Positions 10,801-22,425 of a stretch of 64,000 nucleotides of DNA are shown here, piece after piece. The translations under genes and the position numbers were made by a program. This DNA comes from Monocercomonoides exilis PA203. Its lineage: Eukaryota; Protista; Preaxostyla. The DNA lies in NCBI GenBank assembly GCA_001643675.2, contig LSRY02000053.1:186001-250000 (forward strand), in the 5' to 3' direction. The notes under the pieces are model-generated. The model was not told where the DNA came from, ran no database searches, and saw nothing but the letters and a program-made list of their open reading frames with translations. Position 1 is the first letter of the stretch. Every line of letters begins with the position of its first letter.

Positions 10801-13800
10801 AGCGACTTGATCGTCACATCGCGAGCTCTTGCTTCCCCTGTCACTTCAGCGCTTTTGTCAATCAGCAAATTGCTGTAAGCTGAAGGAATGATGTGGGGCA
10901 GAGCAACATTCAAGGAAATGCAAGGTTCGCTTATTCCACCGCACTGGCGTGAATCGGAGGAGTTGTTGGATGAAGATGATGCGAATATCGTCTCGCTCCG
11001 ATACACAACAACAAGCAGCAACAGATCTTGCTCGTCGCCATAGTCGGGTGCTGTACATCCCCACACAGCAAACTCCCGAACAAACGGTGCTCTGAAATCG
11101 AGCTCGAACAGCTCGGCACCTATTTGAGTTTTGACATTCGCGCATTTCACATACACGTCTCTTCCCACAAATGCTTTATTCTCCATGAACGTGGTGTTTT
11201 TCAGCAGGAAAGGAAGCAGGCCATCACTTGTGATCAAAGAGCAATCCAGGAATATAGCGCCTCCTCTTCCAGTTGCAGAGCAGAAACATCCAGAGATAGC
11301 TGAAAAACTGCACTCAAAAAAGCCTCCTTCGCTTAGGCTCATGATCATTCCTCCACCTTTCTCGCTTTCGCTGCTTCCACAGTTTTTCATCGATGTGTTT
11401 TGCACAGACACGCTGCAAGGCTCGCTGCCAGTGCAGCTGATGATGGACGGCTCAGATGGTGCACTTTGGAGAAGCGAATAGAGTGTGCAGCATTTCAGCC
11501 GAACTGTTGAACTGCTTCCTTCATTTAATTCCTGTGGCTCGCCTCGCAACTCAGTTTGCGCTAACGCTGATATAATGCTTTTACCCATCAGTTCCATGTT
11601 GTTCATTGAAACATTTGTCAAGTCAATGCTGCTGTCATGTGATACCATCAGAATGTGTCTTTCGGCTTTGATGGATTGGATCGAGCAGGATGATAATTCG
11701 CACGTTCCAAACAGGCAGGCAACAACACAATAAGGAATGGCTGCCTCAGAAGCGCTGGTGAAGGAGCAGCCTTGAGCAGCAAAGGAGCTGCCAGTAGTGC
11801 TTATGAGTTTTGTCTGCTTCCATTCAGATCCATCCCCGCAGCAGATCTCAATGCTAGCAAGGGTGCATGTTCCGGTGTTCACCAGCACAGAATCGCTTTC
11901 TTCTTCCTTTCCTGCCTGAGGCGAAATGGCTGCTCCAAAAGTCAGGGAAGGGTGAGACTTGACATCAACTGAAGTCACAGTTACGTTTGAAATGTCAACC
12001 TCGCTGTTCACCTGTGCTTCTTCGATGATTACGAAAGTGTTCATGTTTTGTTGCGCTGGATCTTCCAAAGCACGAAAATGCTTCTGCCCATACTCCATTG
12101 TTGCACATGGCTCTTCTCCACTCCCACACCGGAGGACATCCCACCCGCTGTTCTTGCTGAGATGGATTTCCTGAGAAGCAAATCCAATCAGAAATCTGCA
12201 CAGATCGAAGTTTGTTTTTGTGGAGTCGCTTCCGATAAACAGATATGTATCGCTTGCTGTCTCACTCACTTCAAATGCCAATGTCTGTTTTGTGATGGAA
12301 ACGTTCAGGTCTGACGAGAGAAAGAACATGTTTTTCCCGTGCTTTGCAGAGCACTGATCGAAAGCCATCTGCTGGAAGGAGAATGTGTTGGAAGCCGAGC
12401 AGTCGAAATAGACCCCTCCTCCTTTTCCACCTGTTTCACTTTCAGCGCAGCATTTTGTGAATGTGGCGTTTTCCATCGTAAATTGCCCTTGAGCTTCGAC
12501 AACAATTTTCATCGCGCCTCCCTCCATGCTCTGGGTGCCTTTGACATTCGTAACATTCCAGTGCAAGCACTCAACATGGCTTGAAATTGAGGATGACATC
12601 AACAGAGCGTTGTTTGCATTGTCATTATCTATCCCTTCAAAAGAGCATTGTGTAAGAAAGATAGCCTTGTTGCTCGTTTCACCATCGTTCAATAGTTTGG
12701 ATGTTGACGATGGAACCACGCAGACGAGAGCCTGATCGCCAATTTCTGCATTTTTCACATTCAATGAAATAACCGTTGCGGGAGTACTGGCTGTGCTCTC
12801 GCTCACTGCGACGGGCGCATGCTGAAGATTCGCCGAACTTAACAGGAAGTCATCGATATTGAGTATCCCTCCACAGATTTGAACCAGCCAGTAACTTATC
12901 TGGCTGACCTCGCCCTGCTGCATCTCAAATGCACACTTTGTCAGTGACATGTTGCTCTCGGAAGACAAGAATATCAACGTTTCTATCTCAGCATCAAACG
13001 AAGATGGAAGCAAAAACCGGATTAACTCGATGGATACATTCCCTGTAGCTGCCATCACCTTTCCAGTCAAAGTATTCAGAGACTTGGCACAAGTCATTTC
13101 GGCTTTTGAAGTGTTTGATGATTTCAAATCCAAATTATGCAGATCCATTTCGTTTTTGATTGTTGATGAGTCAATAACAGCAATTGTCTTCACATCCAAT
13201 TCTGCCAGTCTTTTCACGCAATAATCAACAGACTGGCACGGATAATCAGAGAACCCACACACCACAGTATCAGCTCCATCCTCACTTCCCGCATGGATTG
13301 TGCTTCCAATTTCCTCCAGGAACAGAACCAACGGAATCGAATGCTCGTGATCATTTCCATGGAACCCACACATATCATCAAAGGAGCTATGTCCGAGAGC
13401 ATAGGCAAAAGGAAGAGTTTCGTTCGTGATCGATTCCTTCAGGTCGGGCGATTGAACAAACAAGTCGTTTCCGTTCTTCGCTTTATTCGGCTTTTCTGAT
13501 GAAAAAGTAGGAGTTGTGATTGCAAACGCAGCATCGGAGTGCTCAAGATTCAGAAAGATCCCTCCTCCAAATCCCTCCTGCGAATCAAAAGGCGCCTCGC
13601 ATTCTTCGAAGGAACAACCAGAAATTGTTGTTGAACAAGTGTTTGGTAGCGAGAGGAACAGCGCACCACCTCCATTTCCATCACCAGAAACAATGCAATG
13701 CTCAAAAGTGCATTCGTTTATTGAAGCATCGCAGCCATCCTCAAACCCTTTGCTCCACACTGTTTTCAGGCATCCGCCATTCTGCTTACTCTCAATATCC

Positions 13801-16025
13801 CAGAAAGAAGCATTAGCAAGAGAGACAGTTTTGCAATCTGATATAGCAATTGCACAGCCTTGCGAAAATCCAAATCCAGAGACATTCACGAATTTCATCG
13901 TCAACGAACCTTCTTCAACATGAATCAGGGATTTTATTGATTGCTGTGCTGATTGGGAGCTTTTTGTGAAACTGCACAGTTCCAACCTAATTGAACCAGA
14001 TGAGCCAATTGCAATTGCAGATCGATTGAATACACAAACAAATTGAATCCTCTTTGCATTCAGCGAACCATTCCCAATGTAGATCAAACATTCTGTTGAT
14101 GAGGCTTCGCGACACTTTATTGCTGATGCATTGTTCTCTGCTCCGCTGAGAATGATATTTCTCCAGTCGATGTCAATCATGTCTTCTTTGAATTCTTCCC
14201 CATTCACATACACACTTTGGTTTAGTTGCTCTCTCCATCTTGTCACTCCATATTCCACCGTTCGGCATTCTGAACCTGTTCCTCCACAAGTGATCCCATT
14301 GCCTCCAGAATTGCTGATGTGTATTTCTGGCTGGGGGGTTGGTAGATATGAGTCATATGCAATACCTCTATCTTCACAATCCCCTGCGTATTCACTGCAT
14401 TGCACGACTTTTCTTGGAGCTGTTGAAAGCGTAAAGCTATGCTGTATCTGAATTGTATTTTTCAAGCTAAATCCCTTTCCAATATAAATATCTGCTGCAT
14501 GTGTCGATTTCTGCACTGTATTGTTTTCAAACAAGCAAAACTGGATTTTTTCACATACATTGTAATTATTACCGGACGTGTCAAATCCTCCTGCACCAAT
14601 TTTAGCATCTCCTTTGAATAAATAGCAATTTGACATTACAAAATCAAGAATTTGATTTTGAAGAAATACAGTTCCAGCATAACATTTGAGTGCTCTGCTG
14701 TTTTCGAAGACAGAGTCGTAAATTGATCCACTTCCAACAAGATGCCATGCAACACTTCCTCCATAAGCTGCTGAACAATTTTCAAAAGAACAGTCAAAAA
14801 TAAAAGTAAAATTACTTGTAATATGAGCAAATGCTCCTCCGATTGATTGTGCTCCCGTTCCTCTGCAACTATTAAATATTGAATTTTCAATGTAGCAATC
14901 ACTTCCATTGCTAAAAATCGCACCCCCATATCCATATTGATCATTGTATGTATCGGTGCATTCGGAAAATGTGCATTTCTCAACAGTGAGCTTGGCACTT
15001 TCGCAAACTGCAATTGCACCACCATTAGCAGCGCTGCATTCAGCGAAGTTGCAATCTTCGAACTTGATTTCCCCATCTGAAAACGATTGGGCCTTATTCG
15101 TGTAGTTCTGATGAGAAATGGTGTTTCTCGAACGAATGAAAGAAGTGTTCGAGGAGCTGAAACCACATCCACAAGAGCCAGAGATGAGAACACCATAAAT
15201 TGGACAAACACAATCGGTGACTGTGCATCCTTCGATTTTGCTCTCTTGCAAAGAATGCTTTTGTGGCAAGTTTTTGTTGCTGCTATGAACAGACACATTG
15301 TGGAAGCTGCAAAAAGAAGCCAAAGCAAATGACAAATTCAGATCACCAATGAACGGATTCACAGACGAAGCACAAAATGACGAAAATGTGCAGCTAAAAA
15401 CATGAACATTTCCTGCCAAAGACATCGTGCAGGTGTTTGCTGAAACAAGAGATGGACACGCCTGCTTCGGAAAAGTCCTTTGGAATGAAATATTCGTCAT
15501 TCTAATTGTTCCTCCTGCGCACTCAAAAGGAGATAATTCAGTCTCTGCAACCACACTCATTATGCAATCGCTTACAGATAATGTGGACAATTCATTCCTC
15601 ACAGAAATGGTAGATGCGTTTTTTTGGACAATTATTATTCGTTCAACAGCCAACGATGAGTTCAGAACCATCATCCTACTTCTAATCCAGCTCCACTCAT
15701 TCCTGCCATCATTGAGTGCGAAAGCAACAGAGTTATGATCGAATTTCCTCTCTTCATCCACTGGCAATTGTTTTATGCTTTTTTCTGCTTTTGGTGACCA
15801 GCTTGATGAATCCATAACTTTTACCTCTTTAGCATTCACCATATTGATTGCATTCACTATGTGCAAGTATGGTTCATTTTTGTTTGTATCACTATCGTCT
15901 CCAAGGCGTTCAATGTTATTATCTTGAAAATCGACTTTTTCGAATCCATCTCCTTTCCAACTGATACCTTCTTTGCAGAATAGAGTGCGAATAATTATAA
16001 AGACACTAAAACTTCTTAAAATCAT
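7839..16025 (-). CDS. Large type I membrane protein (~2728 aa): Cys-rich beta-helix/Pmp-like repeat ectodomain, TM helix, cytoplasmic pseudokinase
   Basis: First in-frame ATG at 16025 gives a signal-peptide-like start (MILRSFSVFIIIRTLFC). Repeated GGA[I/F/L/M] and FxxC motifs and four xDxxxCGxxxxPCx[T/S]-type modules. TM AAIIAIIFVVLFLIVLIVAVVLAV (~9108-9036). Kinase C-lobe motifs RWKAPE and VFSIGMMLWECLTLQIPF, without HRD or DFG. Confidence 0.85.
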   Translation of the reverse strand: MILRSFSVFIIIRTLFCKEGISWKGDGFEKVDFQDNNIERLGDDSDTNKNEPYLHIVNAINMVNAKEVKVMDSSSWSPKAEKSIKQLPVDEERKFDHNSVAFALNDGRNEWSWIRSRMMVLNSSLAVERIIIVQKNASTISVRNELSTLSVSDCIMSVVAETELSPFECAGGTIRMTNISFQRTFPKQACPSLVSANTCTMSLAGNVHVFSCTFSSFCASSVNPFIGDLNLSFALASFCSFHNVSVHSSNKNLPQKHSLQESKIEGCTVTDCVCPIYGVLISGSCGCGFSSSNTSFIRSRNTISHQNYTNKAQSFSDGEIKFEDCNFAECSAANGGAIAVCESAKLTVEKCTFSECTDTYNDQYGYGGAIFSNGSDCYIENSIFNSCRGTGAQSIGGAFAHITSNFTFIFDCSFENCSAAYGGSVAWHLVGSGSIYDSVFENSRALKCYAGTVFLQNQILDFVMSNCYLFKGDAKIGAGGFDTSGNNYNVCEKIQFCLFENNTVQKSTHAADIYIGKGFSLKNTIQIQHSFTLSTAPRKVVQCSEYAGDCEDRGIAYDSYLPTPQPEIHISNSGGNGITCGGTGSECRTVEYGVTRWREQLNQSVYVNGEEFKEDMIDIDWRNIILSGAENNASAIKCREASSTECLIYIGNGSLNAKRIQFVCVFNRSAIAIGSSGSIRLELCSFTKSSQSAQQSIKSLIHVEEGSLTMKFVNVSGFGFSQGCAIAISDCKTVSLANASFWDIESKQNGGCLKTVWSKGFEDGCDASINECTFEHCIVSGDGNGGGALFLSLPNTCSTTISGCSFEECEAPFDSQEGFGGGIFLNLEHSDAAFAITTPTFSSEKPNKAKNGNDLFVQSPDLKESITNETLPFAYALGHSSFDDMCGFHGNDHEHSIPLVLFLEEIGSTIHAGSEDGADTVVCGFSDYPCQSVDYCVKRLAELDVKTIAVIDSSTIKNEMDLHNLDLKSSNTSKAEMTCAKSLNTLTGKVMAATGNVSIELIRFLLPSSFDAEIETLIFLSSESNMSLTKCAFEMQQGEVSQISYWLVQICGGILNIDDFLLSSANLQHAPVAVSESTASTPATVISLNVKNAEIGDQALVCVVPSSTSKLLNDGETSNKAIFLTQCSFEGIDNDNANNALLMSSSISSHVECLHWNVTNVKGTQSMEGGAMKIVVEAQGQFTMENATFTKCCAESETGGKGGGVYFDCSASNTFSFQQMAFDQCSAKHGKNMFFLSSDLNVSITKQTLAFEVSETASDTYLFIGSDSTKTNFDLCRFLIGFASQEIHLSKNSGWDVLRCGSGEEPCATMEYGQKHFRALEDPAQQNMNTFVIIEEAQVNSEVDISNVTVTSVDVKSHPSLTFGAAISPQAGKEEESDSVLVNTGTCTLASIEICCGDGSEWKQTKLISTTGSSFAAQGCSFTSASEAAIPYCVVACLFGTCELSSCSIQSIKAERHILMVSHDSSIDLTNVSMNNMELMGKSIISALAQTELRGEPQELNEGSSSTVRLKCCTLYSLLQSAPSEPSIISCTGSEPCSVSVQNTSMKNCGSSESEKGGGMIMSLSEGGFFECSFSAISGCFCSATGRGGAIFLDCSLITSDGLLPFLLKNTTFMENKAFVGRDVYVKCANVKTQIGAELFELDFRAPFVREFAVWGCTAPDYGDEQDLLLLVVVYRSETIFASSSSNNSSDSRQCGGISEPCISLNVALPHIIPSAYSNLLIDKSAEVTGEARARDVTIKSLEQESDKGVLLLNCSVESNTDSLVTCSSNVKMEFLTFLFGSAFFSSHSSLLSLTDGNLSISDAAFTQEDSTGNSEMKLNCSIILVENGRLSINGCTFTCLRLSSSCVVARGGQYCLLMELNISDVNSGNLFDFRNLANLSMQQLLVSSCMFDRSALILRNCKDSLQQNIQMRGIQCGSNMIVLSSDGSGGHSNIRCSNLEFDDTHVSKESLLSVECEEANVEMNFLAISNAMLMEGCAVNVKSNDSEFRLKQSSFQNITRNSFGPCCLAASSSALSSSLLVELENYTNQKCISSSEKGRIAALTDLSDVCLSLCAFDGAASTQELRSNKESLEELCRWNGSMIDLQNCSGLMKDSTLTNSENGGLSLSGGSVEIYDGRFENNNPSIANYGSARRNVLCENSAKLKVESLKGGDGVKDNTSLWILEEGCTLEGIAKERASPLFIPKVESVSSEKSGEKVNLVFRGSILLPCNLSFKTVIAIGDEEVVEKYLFDESDFISEEEVHGSVPVKTFEGVASEAEVRACILFGKADLPSATDSFILKNRSNSEPNGEGNLVEGGKEGRSSWAAIIAIIFVVLFLIVLIVAVVLAVRWKEAKNEAEDLREIANDNIRKDPKAFEMVTMEMSPEEQWRRAEREAEKKNDERMKKRIYETNMEHSESSEHLLSESGSTEYILGRDSDKIPDWALEKVEEEETRKRTPSPSISSISSTSTTDTDSSFICGEDLCPTTSSMSNLVDAMACSSPHEKLIVDLRDSLFMLLHGRNAKKEMAIGTLQEREVSAAQILFWVVNLALHSFDEMENPLQSLINLSPHIVLFSEHMVICIALHSDCSSDSDTSSVSSSTVVTSASADDDDDDDRDSLPSSAFEDDEDNRKECMRWKAPELLMNKKMDATKESVVFSIGMMLWECLTLQIPFEEYEAETAGQKIVNGERPNVDAVKESDLAETAEGCWAGESEARLSIVELKRVFIQHFPKEAVVLTMSDAIDFAT

Positions 16026-16471
16026 GAATCTAGCTCTCTCTTTGCCACGCAAAACAATATTGGATCTTGAATAAAAATGTATTATGAGTTTTGATCAATA
16101 TTTAAAAAATGGTTTAAGATTTCAGATTGACAAAGAGAAGTGTCAGCTTTTTTACAAATATTAAAATATGTAAAAATCTTTGATGCAATAAGTTTTTTTG
16201 AATGCTTTTTTGAGAAAAAAAATAAGATAAGATAAGAAAGTTATTTAGCAATTACGTCGAACCAAAAGAAATCATACTCAAAAAAATTAAATTATAACTA
16301 GAAAAGTCAATGTTATAATGAATAATTGTTGAATAAATTTAACATTAATCAAAATTCAATTCCTTTTGCATACAACAATAAACTAAAAATCATAAAATTC
16401 ATTTATCTATCGAGGAAAAATGTGATATGAAATTAAACACTCGGTTTTTTTTAAAAGAAAAAACAAAAAGC

Positions 16472-17891
16472 TCATAACGAAATGAAACGAGGCAAATTAA
16501 ACATTCCCTTTGCATTTGGGACTGTAAAGCTTTCAATAATATCTTCGTATCCTTCCTCTTCAAGTTTATCAAATGTCTCTCTTCTTATCATCTTCTGCAT
16601 CTTTTTGGCTTTTTTGTCTTTTACTTCCAAGTTAAGCGCCCTTTTCAGCTTCTCAAAGAAATTCGCGCAATGTTTCATAATTCCGTTTCTCAGAGTCGGT
16701 TGTTGTATTTCTTCCGCAAAGAAATCAACAACACCTCCCCTCAGCAAATCGTTCCAATGTGAATTTTCTGCGAATTGCATTCCATTCAAAGCAAGAAGAC
16801 ACTGATGGTACTGCTCTTCTTCACATCCTCGCGCTGCCCTGCAAAATCTCACAACACATTCATACAAATCAGCCAAACTTCCTTTCGGTTTGCAGCGGTA
16901 AAAAAAGGCTTCAAGTGTAGAGAGCCATCTTTTGATTAGAAAAACATCATTTCCTCTTTTTGCTTTGCTTTGACCATCCACTAATGCTTCCAGTTCATCC
17001 AATTCTTTTTTCATTTCTTTCACAAAATTCAACTCCACACTCACCAGTTTTTCTAATGCTTCATCCCATTCAAAACAGTTCAATAAAAACTCCCAAGCAG
17101 ATTGGCAAGCAAGAAGAGTCAGATTATGATGCTGTTGATGTTGATTGATGATATTTTTGATCTTGGGCAAATACAATGCTTTATCTACATACTATTAAAA
17201 AGAAAAGAGAAAATAATTAGTTAATCAATAAAAAAAGAAATTGTCAAACTTTGAAATGGCTGATATTATTCAATGCCACCAATGCCATTTCCACTTCTGT
17301 TTGCGTTTTATGGTTTTCCCCTGCGTTCATGGCAACTTGGAATAGGCATGGAATACAAGTAGAAAATAATTCTTGTGGACTTCCGCTTTTAAAATCAAAT
17401 TTAAGAAGCAGTAGATAACATTCGCAAATATCAACAAGAAGATTTTTACCATATTCCTTTTCCTTTTTTTCTGTTTTAGCGATCATTTCTTTGAATCTTT
17501 TCCCCAGAGAAGAGTTTTTAAAATTATTATTCATCATTCCCTTCAATGCTTCACAAAAGCCAACGCACTTCAGCATCATAATTGTGCATTCCAATGATAA
17601 TTTCTTTTCTTCAATCATGTCATCTATCTCGTTGAACACCGTCACAGTTAGAATACTATCCAATTCCTTTCGATTCATTTCTTTAATCAAGCTGTTTATT
17701 TCTTCAATTTTTGCTTTTTTTCCAGCAGAATCGCAGCTTTTAAGTTCTGCAAACATTTCTACAAGTAAATCAAAAATCAGATTAAATGACTCATTTGAAA
17801 AAAGGTGTAAAAACATACCTGTAAAGCGTTCTCTCAACGATATTTTCTTCTCCAAAATTGCTTCATTACCTGCAATAAAATGCACGCTCAT
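16472..17891 (-). CDS. Lineage-specific alpha-helical protein of unknown function (~433 aa). Exons 17891-17819, 17758-17250, 17191-16472
   Basis: The two track ORFs join in phase via GT-AG intron 17249-17192 (HFK|YVDKALYL). A further in-frame 60-nt intron 17818-17759 (GTATGT...TTGTAG) is likely. The C-terminus (LLRGGVVDFFAEEIQQPT...KLEEEGYEDII) is homologous to 63636-64000. Confidence 0.8.
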
Positions 17892-18811
17892 TGCTGATTA
17901 GTTAAATGAAGCAGATATTAAAATTTGAAATAAGTTCAAAACTCAAAATAATTATAAAAAATTCTTTCCAATCAATTATCAATTATTATTTAATGGGTTT
18001 TATTTTTTGCAAAATAAAATTTTTAAGATTTGAAGGATAATCCTTTCCAAGAAAATAATAATTGTCTCATTAAACTATCTTATCCACAAAGGACAGTCAT
18101 TCTTTGAAAATATTTTGAGTTTGTTGGTAAAATTCATTTTTTTGGAGAAACAAAAAAACTAATAATAAAAATTTCTGTCGAAATCATTTTTTGACTCGAG
18201 TTTGAGAAATTAATTCAAAATGAGAAAAATAAAATGAAATAAAAACGTTGACAAACAATATTCTGAAAACAAAAGCAAGGAAATTCTTTTTCCATGCATT
18301 TTCTTTGGGAAATATTATTTGATTATTACTTGAATGAAAGAAAGCTTTCAAAAAGGACCTGTCAAACCAAATCTTTAAAATAAATCTGAAATGAGAAAAC
18401 TAATTAAAAAATTTATTGGCAATTTTAAATTATTTGCGAAGTTGAAAAAAAAACACAAAACAAAAATGTTTTAAGAAAAACTATTTTGGTTGAAAAAAAA
18501 ATATTCTAAAGAATATCCAATGAAATTGAAAACAAGCCAAATAAAAAATCTTCATTGCGGTTTCGAATATTTGTTTGCTTTTACGCAAGAATAACCGCTC
18601 TTCAGCATGAGAAAAAAATAAAATAAAATAAAATAAAATTAAAAAAGGAAATATTTATTTTCATTTTAATTTTTCAATAAAAATTCATCAAACCTAATTT
18701 TCGATTTTGAAAACAATCAAAAAAGAATGACTCCTCTATTCTTCTATAATTACCCTATATAACTCCATTTTCCTATTTTATCATTTTTATTTTTATTTTT
18801 ATTTTTTTATT

Positions 18812-21800
18812 TTATTTTTTTCCAATCACATTAGAAAAAGGACCACAATTGAGAAAAGAAGGGAGATTTGTGCTATCATTTAGCTGCTCAAATAAAGACC
18901 TGTTTTGCCTTTCATTGTTATTTTTCTCTGAAGTTGCCAAATTCTTCTCGTTTTCGATGTTTTGAGAATCTTTGCTATTGTTAAGCTTATCTTTTACAGC
19001 ATCAATAGAAGCAGATGATGATGATGATGATGAAGTCGAAGAAGAAGTCGAAGAAGAAGAAGAAGAAGAAGAAGAAGAAGCACATCCTCTAAATTCTGCT
19101 TGGTTGCAGTGGAGAGTGTTCAAAAGCGCAAACATCTGCTCTTCAGCCAATATTTGAATGGCTTCTCCACACGAATAATACGGAACAGGAGGATGAAACA
19201 CAGTTTTGATCCTTTTTTCACTTGAAGAAGTGGTAGAAACTGATGAATTTGAGAAAGTTGGGTTGTTTGAAGAAGAAGAAGAAGAAGAAGAAAATGATGA
19301 TGATGACGGAGAAGAAGATGATAATGATGATGATGGAGAAAATGAAGAAGAAGATGATAATGATGAAGATGGAATCGAAGAAACAGCGGAAGCATCCAGC
19401 TTTTGACATAACTTTATTTTGCATGAGCTTACAAATGTATGCTTGCATGAAGGGCATGTCATCAATATGTTAGCAGAGGAAGGTATATAACCAGCTGAAT
19501 GATTGACTTTTGTCAATAAATGGGAAGATGAGGCATCTGACGCAGCATTTTGACATGGGAAAGAGGAATTCAGTGAAAGATGTTTGCTTCCACTCTCTTT
19601 TCTTGTATTGCTTTGTTCATTTGAAAAACTGCCTTCACAAACGCCATTCAAACCACTTGTATTGAAATTTAGTGCGTTTTCGTGTGTTTTGCCTTTTTGC
19701 CCCAAATTCTGCAAATTCATGTCATTTTTTGACATTTCACTGTTTTTCTTCTCTTTTCGAGCCAACCCTGCTCCGTTCTGATGGCTCAACTGCCTCACAC
19801 TATTCGGATCAATGAACGAATTGTTCCTTCTTTCTTCTCCCAAATCTGCAAAAGCCATCGAATCGCTGAGGGAAGCTAGCGAAGGCACCAGCGCTGAAGA
19901 AGAGCGCCGGTTGGGCAGCCGATGCTCTGATAAAGGTGAGTGTTTAGTTGTCCGATTGGAAAATTGATTAGAAAACTGATTGGGAAACTGATTTGGAAAC
20001 TGATTAGTAAACTGATTTGAAAACTGTTTTTCTCTTCTTCCGCTGTGAAGATCGTGGAGGAGCGAAGAGGATGTGTTGCGACGTGCCATGGAAAGTGCTG
20101 TGGCTGGCTGGAATTTCACTCGTTTCAGAGAGGAAGAGGCAGAAGACGATGAAGCTGAGTCTGCAATTTCTGTGGTGCTTCCATCAGTCAGAGCGAGGGA
20201 GTTGGAGCGGGTGATGGCAGAAGAAGAAGAGGAGGAGGAGGAGGAGGAAGAGGAAGAATTAGAAGAAGAATTGGAAGAAGAAGAAGAAGGAAACTGAACA
20301 AACAGTGGATAAAGATTATTCAAGTCCTGTGCATCTTTTGAAGCAGCAGGAGGAAACGAAAGCAACTTGCGAACAGCTGTTGGCTGTGGAGGAGGGAAAA
20401 ACATGAACTGGAATGGATCAAATAAGAAAGACAAAGGCAGAGAAGAAGGAAGAGTGAAAGAGACTTCTTGAAGAGATTCCTTGGAGAAGATGACGAAGAG
20501 GTTGTAGGTGAGCTTGATTGGGCGGACGAGTTTGTTCAGCATTGATTGAGTGACAGTGAAGGAGCGATGGGAAGAAGAAGAAGAGGAGAAGGAGGAAGAA
20601 GAGGAAGAGGAAGAAGAAGTTAATGGAGGGAAGGAGGAAGGGAACGGAGAAGAGAAGAATGCTGAAGCAGAAGCAGAAGAGGAGGAAGAGGAGGAGGAGG
20701 CGGGGGAAGAAGAAGAGGCAGGAGAAGGAGAAGGAGAGGATGTTCGTAAAGGTGCAAAAGGAGGCAACGTAAAACCTTCTGCATTTGCAAAAACAGACAT
20801 AGGAGAAGAGGAAGAGGAAGAAGAGGAAGAGGAAGATGAAAGATTCGAAGAAGAAGAAGAGGAGGAAGAAGAAGAGGAAGAATTCGAATTGAAACACGAG
20901 GAGCAAGATGAAGAAGAGATGAAAGATTGCCAGCTTGATGAGTCATGAAAGTCCAGCGGAGCAAACGTCATCAGAAATCGCGAGCAGAACTGAGAAATGA
21001 AGAGAGTGAGGGAGTTGAGTGCGAATGCAGCGAGGGAGAACTGCTCGGAGGGATGAGAGAAGGAGAGAGAGGGAGATAAAGGGGAATAGCGAAGAAGATC
21101 GTGGAAGATTCGAAGAGTGGCTGAAGAAGCAGCAGCAGAAGAGGAAGAGGAAGAGGAGGAAGAGGAAGAGGAAGAAGAAGAATTGGATGTGTTGCTGAAG
21201 GAATGAGAGGGAGAGCCTAAAAGTGGAGTGAGCTGAGAGGGGAAAACAAGGGAGGAAGCATAAGCATTGGAAGAAGAAGAAGAGGAGGAGGAGGAAGAGG
21301 AAGATGAAGATGAAGAAGCAGCAGAATTGATTGTATTCAATGAAGAAACGGAAGCTGATGATGGGATCGAAAGCGAGGAAGCATACAAAGAAGCCAGTCT
21401 GTTCTGCATCTGCAACCCTTGCCTTCTCTTCTGCTGGGGTGAATACAACACGATCGAAGACTGCTGCGAATGGAGAGAGGAAAGAGAAGAAACGTCTGAA
21501 GATGAGTGGGGTAGAGGGGTTTGTGAGTCCGGAGTGTGGAGAATGTGGGAGGAGAGGCAGGTGTCTGAGTTTTGAGGGAGAAGAGGAGGGTATTTTGAGT
21601 GTGAGGAAGGGAAAGCGCTGAGTGAGTCAGCAGCAATGGAGAGGGCAGGGGTGGAGGAGGAATTGGAAGAGGAGGAAGGAGAGGGAGAAGGAGAAGAGGA
21701 AGAGGTAGAAGAGGAAGAGGAAGAAGTGTGGAGATCAGATAGAGAAGGAAGAGAGGAGAAGGAAGGGAGGCTGGAGTGAGTGCTGGGCGAGGCGGCGGGG

Positions 21801-22387
21801 GAGAGAGGGAGGTTTTTGAGAAGAGGAGGAAATGTGTTTGAGAGTATATCATTGCGAAGAGTTGGATTATGCAGCGGAGTTGAGATATCGGAACTGTCAA
21901 TGCAATTGGTGGAAGAAGAAGAATTAACAGAAGAAGAAGAAGAGGAGGAGGAGGATGATGATGATGAAGAAGATAACGAAGACGAATTCAAACCATCTGT
22001 TACATTTTGTCCTATTGAAGCATTCAATTTCCTCGTTTTTGACTGAGGAGATGCAAAAGCCGCCCCCAGCGGTGCCGGCCCAATAGAAAAGCTGTTATTT
22101 CCTTCTGTCCTCATTTCATGGACAACAGGGCTGAGAGGAAGGAGAGGAGGAAGAGAAGAATGAGGAGGAAGAGGGGTGAGAGGGGTGAGAGAGGAAAGAG
22201 GGGTAAGAGAAGGAAGAGGAGTAAGAGGAACAAGAGGGGTGAGGGTGAAGTTTCCTCTGTCTTTTCCTTCTTCGCAGAGCTGGTGTCTGTTTGGATCGAA
22301 GGCATCGATCATTGACTGGGTGAGCATGCCTGGAGTGGAGTAGCTGCGGGGAACAGCTAAGGAATGGGGGGAGTTGGAGTTGGAGTT

Positions 22388-22425
<38 letters not shown>

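Noticed and set aside
8066-15738. Antisense ORFs up to 348 aa within the surface-protein gene
   Set aside because: Shadow ORFs of a long coding strand; no independent protein features.
16026-16052. TTG/GTG starts given by the ORF track (also 17176, 35821, 38815, 51995, 61659, 63920)
   Set aside because: Eukaryotic genes; these positions are internal to exons or upstream of the real ATG.
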